From contig JAJHSH010000049.1 of assembly GCA_022683945.1 (NCBI GenBank), forward strand, positions 12,681 through 76,680: DNA of 64,000 nucleotides. Direction: 5' to 3'. Under the pieces are notes generated by a model that ran no database searches, was not told the DNA's origin, and was given only the letters and a program-made list of their open reading frames with translations. A program made the translations under genes and the position numbers. This document shows, piece after piece, positions 56,428 through 64,000 of this stretch; position 1 is the stretch's first letter; every line of letters begins with the position of its first letter. The stretch comes from Candidatus Acetothermia bacterium. Its GTDB lineage: Bacteria > Bipolaricaulota > Bipolaricaulia > RBG-16-55-9 > DRXL01.

Positions 56428-57126
56428 TTACTTCTTCTTCTCTTCTTTTTCTTTCTTAGCCGGCTCTTTCTTGGCAGTGGCCTGCTCGGCCGTTGCCGGA
56501 GCAGCCGGTGCCCCTGTTGCCCCCTCGACTGGAGCGGCACCCGGAACGGCGGCTTCAGCACCCGGCACCGGCGCGGCTACGACCTCTTCCTTGCGCGGCG
56601 CAACGATGCTGACAATCGTCGCCTCACCCGCTGTGAGCAATTGTACGCCCGTCAGAGAGAGATCGCTGGCATGGATCGCTTCGCCGATCCCCAAGTTGCT
56701 GATATTGATCTCGATCGCTTCGGGGATCTGGTCTATGACTCCGCGCACCTGAACCAGATCGCGAAGAACTTGAAGAACTCCGCCCTCTTTGAGCCCCTTG
56801 GCCTCGCCTCGCACTCTTACAGGCACGTCTATAACCACAGGGCGATCGGGCGCCGGATGGTAGAGATCTACATGCTGCACGTGATCGGTGAGCAAATCGT
56901 GCTGAATCTCTTTGATAAACGTCGTGAGCTTCTGTCCGTTCAACTCCAACGTAATGCGCGAGCTGCGCGTCACTCTCTCTAAGAGTTTTTCAAACTCTTT
57001 GGCGTTCAGCGCGATCAACTGATGCACGCCGGAGCCGTAGAGCACTCCCGGCACGCGCCCCGCGCGCCGCAGCGCACGCGGGTTCGGCTTTGCTCCGCGC
57101 ACGTCGGCTTTAATGGCGTATTCCAT
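56428..57126 (-). CDS. rplY: 50S ribosomal protein L25/general stress protein Ctc, with a Lys/Ala/Pro/Glu-rich tail
   Basis: RGAKPNPRALRRAGRVPGVLYG ... long L25/Ctc form. Confidence 0.9.
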   Translation of the reverse strand: MEYAIKADVRGAKPNPRALRRAGRVPGVLYGSGVHQLIALNAKEFEKLLERVTRSSRITLELNGQKLTTFIKEIQHDLLTDHVQHVDLYHPAPDRPVVIDVPVRVRGEAKGLKEGGVLQVLRDLVQVRGVIDQIPEAIEINISNLGIGEAIHASDLSLTGVQLLTAGEATIVSIVAPRKEEVVAAPVPGAEAAVPGAAPVEGATGAPAAPATAEQATAKKEPAKKEKEEKKK

Positions 57127-57173
57127 AGAATCTCCTCCTGCGAGAGACGGGCCACCGTCTCTCTGAAAAGTTA

Positions 57174-58109
57174 TTAGTCATGGGGAAACATCTCGCTGAC
57201 CGATTTATTATAGTGAATCCGTTTGATCGTCTCCGCCAAGAGCACGCCGACCGGGATGACATCTATCTTGGGGCTCTGGGGCACCGGGATCGTGTTGGTG
57301 ACGGCGATCTTTCGGATCGGCGACTCTTCGAGTTTCTTTATGGCATCTCCGGCGAAGACGCCGTGAGTGAACGCCGCATAGATCTCCGTCGCGCCACAGT
57401 CTAATAAGAGCTTAGCCGCTTGGGTGATGGTACCCCCTGTGGAGAGGATGTCATCTACCAGCACGGCGCGCTTGCCCTTCACTTCGCCGATGATGCTGAG
57501 CGCGCGGACTTCATCGGGGCTGACGCGGCTCTTCTCGACAATCGCTATAGGCAGCCCCAAGCGCTCCGCGATGGCGCGCGCGCGCTTGGCCGCCCCGACA
57601 TCGGGAGCCACGATCACGGCGTCCTCTAAGTTCTGCTTTTGATAATAGCCGGCAATAATGGGATCTCCTCGAAGATTATCCACGGGGATATCAAAAAAGC
57701 CCTGTATCTGACCGGCGGGCAGGTCGAGCGTCAGCATGCGCCCCGCCCCGGCGCGCACGATCATATTGGCCACTAATTTAGCGCTGATCGGCACACGCCC
57801 AATATGCTTTCGGTCTTGACGGGCGTAGCCGTAATAGGGCACGACAGCCGTAATGCGCTCGGCAGAAGCGCGTTTGAGCGCATCGGTCATGAGCAAAAGC
57901 TCCATCAGATGGTCGTTGACGGGAGGGCAAGTCGGCTGAATGATAAAGACGTCGGCGCCGCGCACGGTCTCACGAATATAAATAGACGTCTCGCCGTCGG
58001 GAAAGCGTCCCACGTCAACGGCCGTGAGCTTGATTCCCAAATGACGACTGATCTCTTGGGCCAGGGCGGGATTGGCGCTCCCGGCGACCAGCTTCAATAG
58101 ATCTTGCAC
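57174..58109 (-). CDS. prs: Ribose-phosphate pyrophosphokinase
   Basis: LKLVAGSANPALAQEIS ... YYGYARQDRK ... VLVDDILSTGGT. Confidence 0.95.
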   Translation of the reverse strand: MQDLLKLVAGSANPALAQEISRHLGIKLTAVDVGRFPDGETSIYIRETVRGADVFIIQPTCPPVNDHLMELLLMTDALKRASAERITAVVPYYGYARQDRKHIGRVPISAKLVANMIVRAGAGRMLTLDLPAGQIQGFFDIPVDNLRGDPIIAGYYQKQNLEDAVIVAPDVGAAKRARAIAERLGLPIAIVEKSRVSPDEVRALSIIGEVKGKRAVLVDDILSTGGTITQAAKLLLDCGATEIYAAFTHGVFAGDAIKKLEESPIRKIAVTNTIPVPQSPKIDVIPVGVLLAETIKRIHYNKSVSEMFPHD

Positions 58110-58176
58110 CGTAACGCTCTTCCTCCCTCTGGAAAACTAAAACTATACGGGGGCATAACGCGCTACTATAGCACAT

Positions 58177-58590
58177 TTAGCGAGATTTTGCAATCAGATT
58201 GCAGATCTCTTCTAGAGAGCGCTTTGGCGAAGTGCGCACGATGGAATGGACCGTCCCGCCGCCGTCGTTCTCGTAGCGGGGCAGAATATGAACGTGCAAA
58301 TGGGGTACGACCTGCCCCGCGGCTGGGCCGTTATTGATCCCAATGGTTGTCGCTGGAGCGCTGAAGGCTTTTTCAAGCTTCTCTGTCACCGCGCGCACGG
58401 CTTGAGCGACTCGGGCCGTAAGATCAGGATTGAGGTCTTGCAGGCGGATATAGTGCGCCTTGGGGATCACGAGCGTGTGGCCCTCCACGAGCGGGAAGAG
58501 ATCTAAGAACGCCAGAGTCTCTGCGTCCTCATAGACTTTATACGCCGAACGCTCGCCGCGCACGATCTGGCAGAAGATACAGTCGGTCAT
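58177..58590 (-). CDS. HIT-family (histidine triad) protein
   Basis: CIFCQIV ... HLHVHILPR histidine triad. Confidence 0.9.
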   Translation of the reverse strand: MTDCIFCQIVRGERSAYKVYEDAETLAFLDLFPLVEGHTLVIPKAHYIRLQDLNPDLTARVAQAVRAVTEKLEKAFSAPATTIGINNGPAAGQVVPHLHVHILPRYENDGGGTVHSIVRTSPKRSLEEICNLIAKSR

Positions 58591-59801
58591 GGGGAATGCT
58601 CCTTTAGATAGAATTCTGCGAATCTATGCTTGCCAACTTTGATGAGCAAACCGTCACGGAAGAGCACATCTTGGTCGTCCTGAGCGATCTTGACGCCGTC
58701 TAGCTCTACGGCTCCTTGCTCGATCAGTCTCTTGGCTTCCGAGCGGCTCTTGGTCAACGGAGCGATCAGCTCGACGACCCAAACGGTGCCGTTGGGTTTG
58801 AGCACTCTCTTATCCAGATAGACTTTTTGAACTTCTGCAGGGCGCTCTTTGCGCGCGAAGACGCGCTCAAACTCCTCTAACGCTGCGTCCGCCGCTGCTT
58901 CACTGTGATAGCGTTTCACAATGGCGTGCGCCAGCTTCTGTTTCTGCTCTTTGGGGTGAAGTTCTTTCAGTTTTTCCCAATCGAGATCTGTCATGAACGT
59001 CACGTATCTTTCTATGAGGGCGTCGGGGATGGACATCAATTTGCCGAAGATCTCATTGGGAGGCTCCGTGACGCCGACGTAATTCCCAAAACTCTTGCTC
59101 ATCTTCTTGACGCCGTCCAGTCCTTCTAAGACCGGCGCGGCGATAAAGCAGACTTGGGGTTCTTGCCCACAGCGCTCTTGGATGGCGCGCCCCACTAAGA
59201 GATTGAACCGCTGGTCTTCGCCGCCCAGCTCGACATCGGCCTGAATCGCCACAGAGTCATAGGCCTGCGCCAGCGGGTAGAGAAACTCCACAATACTAAT
59301 CGGCGTGCCGGACTGATAGCGTTGAGCGAAGTCATCGCGTTCCAGCATCGCCGCGACGGTGTAGCGCGAGGCCAGCTCCAAGAGTTTGGCGAAGTTCATA
59401 TGTTCGAGCCATTCGGAGTTATAGCGAAACTCCAGACGGCTCGGATCGAGAATCTTGAGGGCTTGCTCTTTGTAATGGCGCATGTTCGCTTCGATCTCTG
59501 CTTGGGAGAGCATCTTGCGCTGGGCACTGCGCCCGGAGGGATCGCCGATGCGAGCCGTAAAATCTCCGACGATTAAGACCGCCGTGTGCCCACAATCTTG
59601 GAAGTCGCGCAATTTCTGCAAGACAACCCCGATAGCGATGTGTATATCCGGGCTGGTGGGGTCAACGCCGAGTTTGACTCTTAAAGGCTTTTGGGTGCGC
59701 AGCGCGCGCTCCAGCTTTTTGACTAAATCTGATTCGGGAATAATATCTACGGCGCGACGCTTGATGAGTCTAAGCTGTTCCTCCAAAGGCGGAACCTTCA
59801 T
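58587..59801 (-). CDS. tyrS: Tyrosine--tRNA ligase
   Basis: HIAIG (HIGH-like), the KMSKS motif, and a C-terminal S4-like domain. Confidence 0.95.
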   Translation of the reverse strand: MKVPPLEEQLRLIKRRAVDIIPESDLVKKLERALRTQKPLRVKLGVDPTSPDIHIAIGVVLQKLRDFQDCGHTAVLIVGDFTARIGDPSGRSAQRKMLSQAEIEANMRHYKEQALKILDPSRLEFRYNSEWLEHMNFAKLLELASRYTVAAMLERDDFAQRYQSGTPISIVEFLYPLAQAYDSVAIQADVELGGEDQRFNLLVGRAIQERCGQEPQVCFIAAPVLEGLDGVKKMSKSFGNYVGVTEPPNEIFGKLMSIPDALIERYVTFMTDLDWEKLKELHPKEQKQKLAHAIVKRYHSEAAADAALEEFERVFARKERPAEVQKVYLDKRVLKPNGTVWVVELIAPLTKSRSEAKRLIEQGAVELDGVKIAQDDQDVLFRDGLLIKVGKHRFAEFYLKEHSP

Positions 59802-59861
59802 ATGGGCTGAGTTTAGCGGAGGCTAGAGAGAGATGCAACTTTGACAACGGAACCGGCAAAC

Positions 59862-60767
59862 CTAAGCCGAGGGCTGCAAGACCCGACCAAGACGCGACTC
59901 GCTTGATCGCTTCACGTAGGAAGCCAGAATCTTGGTTGCTGCCACCACATTTTCCGGCTTTACAGCAACTTGTGCGCCTGAGGCTTGCAGCGCATAGACA
60001 AGATCTTCAGTAGCTAGGTTGCCGGAGGCCCCAGACGCATAAGGACAACCGCCGAGTCCGCCCGCCGATGCGTCGAACGCACAAATTCCGTACTCCTCCC
60101 AAGCTACTAGGGCATTCGCGATCGCAAGTCCATAGGTGTCGTGCAAGTGCAGCGCCAGTTTATCTTGGGGCGCGAACAGCAAGACAGTCTCTAGTAGGGC
60201 GCGCAGATCCCGCGGCGTGGCCTTGCCGATCGTGTCCGCTAGGGAAAGCTCATCTACGCCGAGATCCAGCAGCGCTTGGGCTACGGGTTTCACTCTCTCG
60301 GGCTGAATCTTGCCTTCGTAAGGGCAGTAAAAGGCCGTTGAAACGTATCCGCGCACGGGCAAGCTTTGCGTCTTTGCACGCGCGACGACCGGCCGAAAGC
60401 GCTCCAGCGACTCGGCGATCGTTGCGTTCGTGTTCTTTTTATTGAAAGTCTCTGAGGCCGCTGTGAATACGGCAATCTTGGCCACGCCGACAGCTAGAGC
60501 CCGCTCCAGGCCCGGCTCATTCGGCACGAGGGCCGAGTAAATCAAGCCCGGCGCGCGCTCGATTCTCTTGAACACATCTTCGGCATCGGCCAGCTGAGGC
60601 ACCCACGTGGGCGAGACAAACGAAGAGACTTCAATCTCGGAGAGGCCGGTCTTGGAGAGCGCGTTCACAAAGGCCACTTTGACTTCGGTCGGGAGGATTG
60701 TCCTCTCGTTCTGAAGTCCGTCACGAGGCCCCACTTCGACAATCCGAATGGGCGACCGAACGCTCAT
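59862..60767 (-). CDS. Hydroxymethylglutaryl-CoA lyase
   Basis: IVEVGPRDGLQNE ... DTYG ... TIM-barrel DRE-TIM family. Confidence 0.9.
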   Translation of the reverse strand: MSVRSPIRIVEVGPRDGLQNERTILPTEVKVAFVNALSKTGLSEIEVSSFVSPTWVPQLADAEDVFKRIERAPGLIYSALVPNEPGLERALAVGVAKIAVFTAASETFNKKNTNATIAESLERFRPVVARAKTQSLPVRGYVSTAFYCPYEGKIQPERVKPVAQALLDLGVDELSLADTIGKATPRDLRALLETVLLFAPQDKLALHLHDTYGLAIANALVAWEEYGICAFDASAGGLGGCPYASGASGNLATEDLVYALQASGAQVAVKPENVVAATKILASYVKRSSESRLGRVLQPSA

Positions 60768-61321
60768 CGAGCCTCCTCTGTCACGAACGGTTTGAGCCGG
60801 ATAAGCACTTGTCCAAAATCTACAAGCTGGCCCTCGCTGCAGCTTACCTGCTCGACCATAGCCGGCTGAGAGGCTTCCAGTTGGTGCTCCATCTTCATGG
60901 CTTCCATGACAGCCAAAATCTCGCCCGGCTGGACGTGTTGGCCCGGATGCACGCGCACGGCTACGATCTTGCCCGTCATCGGTGCACGGATCTCGGACTC
61001 CGCTCGAATAGGCTTTTCGGCGGCTACCCCTGTCCCCGGCTTCACAAATTCAAAGAACTCCGTGCGTCCTTCGTGACTCACCCAAACGCCTTTATCGTCT
61101 CGAATCGCTGCGCAACGCCATGCTCCTTCTGGGGCGCGGATGATCCGATACGGAGGCTGTCGCCGGATCTCCGCCTCCAACGGTGGGATGGGTTTCGTAT
61201 CGGTCGGCTTGCTTCGACGCACGCCAGTCAGACGGTAACGAGAGCTTAGTTTCTCCAGCTGTAGCTCATAAACCGCCTCCCCGGAGCGCAAGGTGAACGT
61301 CTTCTTCTCTCTGGTCTTCAT
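60764..61321 (-). CDS. Biotin carboxyl carrier domain protein (BCCP-like). The ORF is open to 61369; the likely ATG at 61321 overlaps the upstream stop (ATGA).
   Basis: C-terminal biotinyl domain with EAMKMEH. Confidence 0.75.
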   Translation of the reverse strand: MKTREKKTFTLRSGEAVYELQLEKLSSRYRLTGVRRSKPTDTKPIPPLEAEIRRQPPYRIIRAPEGAWRCAAIRDDKGVWVSHEGRTEFFEFVKPGTGVAAEKPIRAESEIRAPMTGKIVAVRVHPGQHVQPGEILAVMEAMKMEHQLEASQPAMVEQVSCSEGQLVDFGQVLIRLKPFVTEEAR

Positions 61322-62823
61322 GGCTGCTCCAGGTTGCGCCAGCGCCCGAGTCTTGCCCAGGGCGAGCAAGAACGATCGCTTGCGACTCTCTCATCTCTAC
61401 GCTCTTTTTCGTTTTTGTGTTCATCCGCCAGAACGGCAGCCAACAAGAGCGCCGGCGGCAGAGGCTCCTCAGATTTTGAAGCCCACTCCATCGCCAGAGT
61501 TTCAACGGTGCCGGTGAACGTAGTGCCTTGTCCGAATGGCCGACTCTCAAGAAGCTCGATCAAGTGTCCGAGATTGTTCACGAGCCCGAGCAAGACGGTC
61601 TCGCGCAGACCAGCGAGCAGCCGACGCCGCGCCTGCTCCCGATCAGGCGCCCACGCGATGCATTTGGCCAAGAGCGGGTCATAATGCGTATCTATCGTTT
61701 GATCTTCGCAAATGCCGGAGTCAATGCGCAAACCCGGCAAAGCGGGCCAATGCAGTTTTAGAATTTTTCCGCTCGCGGGCAAAAACTGCCGTTTCGGATC
61801 TTCTGCATAGAGACGCGCCTCTATAGCGTGTCCCCGCAACGTGATAGCCTCTTGGTTGATCCGAAGCTTTTCGCCTGCAGCGCTCTCGATCTGAAGCTTC
61901 ACCAGATCCAGCCCCGTCACCAGCTCCGTAATCGGGTGTTCTACTTGAAGGCGAGCGTTCACCTCAAGAAAATAGAACGAACCGTCTGGGGCCAGCAAGA
62001 ATTCCACGGTGCCCGCGTTCGTATAATGGACGGCTTGAGCGAGTTTGCAAGCGGCCTCTTGAAGCTGTTGGCGCAGTTCTTGACGAACCGCCGTGGACGG
62101 TGCCTCTTCGATGATCTTCTGATGTCGTCGTTGCAGGCTGCATTCGCGCTCCCCCAGCGCGACGACGTTGCCGTGTCGGTCGCCCATGATCTGGATCTCG
62201 ATGTGGCGAGCGGGTTCGATCCATTTTTCCGCGATCATGCGCCCATCTCCAAACGCAGCTTGCACCTCGCGTTGCGCAGAGACTATCGCTTCCATGAGCT
62301 CGCTTACATCGGCCACACGGCGCATGCCTTTGCCTCCGCCCCCGGCAGCGGCTTTGAGCAGGAGCGGCATCCCTAAACGCTTCGCCTCTGCTTGAAGCTC
62401 CTCGACAGAGTCGTATGCACCGGTGCCCGGCACCACGGGCACGCCGATCTTCTGGGCCCGCGCGCGCGCTTCGGCTTTGTCGCCGAGCGCCCGCATCGCT
62501 TGAGGCGGCGGCCCGACAAAAACCAATCCTGCGCGCTGAACGGCTTCTGCGAACTCCGGATTCTCCGATAAAAAGCCATAGCCGGGATGGATGGCTTCTG
62601 CGTCGCTCTTCCGGGCGGCTTCCAAGATTTTGGCGATATTCAGATAACTCTCACGCGGGGGTGGCGCGCCGATGAGAAACGCCTCGTCTGCAGCCCAAAC
62701 GTGGGGGGCATTCGCATCGGCTTCCGAGTAGACCGCAACGGTTTTGATGCCCAGATCTTTTAATGTACGAAAGATCCTCAGGGCAATTTCACCGCGATTG
62801 GCAACTAGGACTTTCTTGAACAT
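61318..62823 (-). CDS. Biotin carboxylase subunit of an acyl-CoA (methylcrotonyl-CoA-type) carboxylase. The ORF is open to 62922; the likely start is MFKKVLVANRGEIA.
   Basis: VLVANRGEIALRIFR ... ATP-grasp motifs ... C-terminal extension typical of the MccA type. Confidence 0.85.
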   Translation of the reverse strand: MFKKVLVANRGEIALRIFRTLKDLGIKTVAVYSEADANAPHVWAADEAFLIGAPPPRESYLNIAKILEAARKSDAEAIHPGYGFLSENPEFAEAVQRAGLVFVGPPPQAMRALGDKAEARARAQKIGVPVVPGTGAYDSVEELQAEAKRLGMPLLLKAAAGGGGKGMRRVADVSELMEAIVSAQREVQAAFGDGRMIAEKWIEPARHIEIQIMGDRHGNVVALGERECSLQRRHQKIIEEAPSTAVRQELRQQLQEAACKLAQAVHYTNAGTVEFLLAPDGSFYFLEVNARLQVEHPITELVTGLDLVKLQIESAAGEKLRINQEAITLRGHAIEARLYAEDPKRQFLPASGKILKLHWPALPGLRIDSGICEDQTIDTHYDPLLAKCIAWAPDREQARRRLLAGLRETVLLGLVNNLGHLIELLESRPFGQGTTFTGTVETLAMEWASKSEEPLPPALLLAAVLADEHKNEKERRDERVASDRSCSPWARLGRWRNLEQP

Positions 62824-62824
62824 T

Positions 62825-63613
62825 TTAGTGCTCTTCACTTTGGCGCGCGCGCCCACGCAAAAACGCTCTGAGCCCATGTTGGCCCTCTTCAGAGGTGCGT
62901 ATGCGGGCGATCGTCTCTGCACAGAAGTTCAACGTCTGCTCCGGCGGCAGCGTGAGCAGTTCTCTGAGGAGGACTTTTGCTGCGCGCACGGCTCGCGGGC
63001 CGTTTTGCAAGAGCGCGTCTATCCACTCTTGTACTTTGTTGTCGAGCTGTGCCGCGGGCATGACTTCATGCACCAGTCCGATCTCTTCAGCGGTCTGCGC
63101 CGAAAACGTCTCTGCGGTGAGAAAGTAACGGCGAGCTTGCGAGATCCCCATCTTAGAGAGCGCAAAGGACGAAATAACCGCTGGGACGATTCCAAGCTTC
63201 ACTTCTGTGAAGGCGAATTTCGTATCTGCAGTTGAGACGACCAGATCACAGACGGCAACCAACCCCAAACCGCCGCCGAAGGCCCCGCCTTGAACTCGAC
63301 CGATCACAGGAGAGGGAAATTCGTTGATCGTCTGGAGCATCTGCGCCATGCGTCGGGCATCTTGCAGATTCTCTTCTTGCGTGTACTGAATAGACTGCTG
63401 CATCCAGTGAATATCGGCCCCGGCGCAGAAGACTTTGCCCGCGCCGGCGAGCACCACCGCTCGCAGAGTTTCGTCGTGGTTGAGCTTTTCGAAACAATCC
63501 GTCAGCTCGGCGATGAGCTGCTCATTGAACGCGTTGCGAACCTCGGGGCGATTCAGCGTCACGCGCGCCCACTGATCTTGTCGTTCGAGCAAGAGATATT
63601 TATAGTTTTGCAT
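62825..63613 (-). CDS. Enoyl-CoA hydratase/methylglutaconyl-CoA hydratase (crotonase family). Alternative start at 63622.
   Basis: VLAGAGKVFCAGADI ... crotonase fold. Confidence 0.85.
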   Translation of the reverse strand: MQNYKYLLLERQDQWARVTLNRPEVRNAFNEQLIAELTDCFEKLNHDETLRAVVLAGAGKVFCAGADIHWMQQSIQYTQEENLQDARRMAQMLQTINEFPSPVIGRVQGGAFGGGLGLVAVCDLVVSTADTKFAFTEVKLGIVPAVISSFALSKMGISQARRYFLTAETFSAQTAEEIGLVHEVMPAAQLDNKVQEWIDALLQNGPRAVRAAKVLLRELLTLPPEQTLNFCAETIARIRTSEEGQHGLRAFLRGRARQSEEH

Positions 63614-63622
63614 CTTACACAC

Positions 63623-64000
63623 TCACATACGAAAGACGGGATAGTGCGTTTTGCTGATCGGGGCAGTGAGGGCCGCAGAGAGAGAGAGTCCTAGGACTTC
63701 ACGTGTCTGCGCCGGGTCTATGATCCCGTCGTCCCAGAGACGCGCCGTGCTGTAGTACGGATGGCCTTCTGCTTCGTACTTTTGGCGAATGGGCGCGGCG
63801 ATCTTTTCGGCCTCTTCCCCAGATAATGACCGGTTCGTCCGCATGAGCTGTTGTTGCTTGACCGCCACCAATACGCGAGCTGCTTGTTCCGCGCCCATCA
63901 CGGAGACGCGGGCGTTGGGCCACATAAACAGAAAGCGCGGCTCGTAGCCACGGCCGCACATGGCATAGTTGCCCGCTCCGTGGGACGCCCCAATGATCAC
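63623..64000 (-). CDS. Acyl-CoA carboxylase carboxyltransferase subunit (MccB/PccB-like), C-terminal part only; the gene continues beyond the window end
   Basis: [27 protein letters not shown], a carboxyltransferase C-terminal motif. Confidence 0.8.
   Translation of the reverse strand: MIIGASHGAGNYAMCGRGYEPRFLFMWPNARVSVMGAEQAARVLVAVKQQQLMRTNRSLSGEEAEKIAAPIRQKYEAEGHPYYSTARLWDDGIIDPAQTREVLGLSLSAALTAPISKTHYPVFRM

Noticed and set aside
59802-59861. Possible T-box leader upstream of tyrS
   Set aside because: There are only 60 bp between tyrS and the upstream gene. A T-box needs about 250 nt and a specifier/antiterminator structure.

Overview
This is a high-GC (~60%) bacterial chromosomal window, mostly housekeeping genes in recognisable operons. 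Both strands carry about 70 protein genes, two tRNAs (Phe, Asp) and several small repeat families.

Operons and clusters:
- A purine biosynthesis operon, purC-purS-purQ-purL-purF-purM, on the minus strand.
- A lysine operon, lysC-dapB-dapA-dapD-(hicB-like)-lysA.
- A polar-amino-acid ABC transporter.
- A ribosomal cluster, rplU-prp-rpmA-obg, where L27 carries the Prp-cleavable N-terminal extension.
- hslVU.
- A replication cluster reduced to an N-terminally truncated dnaA plus recF and a DUF721 (DciA-like) gene, with no dnaN or gyrB.
- pth-rplY-prs.
- tyrS.
- A leucine-catabolism cluster: HMG-CoA lyase, a biotin carboxyl carrier protein (BCCP), biotin carboxylase, enoyl-CoA hydratase and a partial carboxyltransferase.
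- hypA followed by an Mrp/MinD-type ATPase.
- uvrB, murJ, folP, ruvC, yceD, pyrE, cutA, coaD.
- An accessory block: NADPH-dependent FMN reductase, an SDR-like protein, a VOC/glyoxalase-like protein, a leaderless winged-helix regulator, a DCC thiol oxidoreductase, two small outer-membrane-protein (OMP)-like paralogs and a penicillin acylase.
- A 1160-aa AfsR/SARP-type STAND (signal-transduction ATPase with numerous domains) regulator.

The most striking unexplained structure is a family of GC-rich compound palindromic elements, CCCCTCTCCC-loop-GGGAGAGGGG followed by GGGGTGAGGG. They are inserted in-frame into purC, purL, the 3' end of purQ and a phosphodiester-glycosidase gene, with one intergenic copy. 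This resembles the in-frame Rickettsia palindromic elements.

Other notable observations:
- Two further hairpin repeat families sit at gene ends. One of them supplies the TAG stop codon of coaD and of the DCC gene.
- A ~590-bp two-gene mini-insert lies in the 3' end of pth, flanked by 26-bp direct repeats that duplicate the pth C-terminal codons.
- A low-GC islet holds a decayed BrnT-like toxin fragment.
- An orphan HicB-like gene sits inside the lysine operon.

No CRISPR array, rRNA or obvious transposase was seen.
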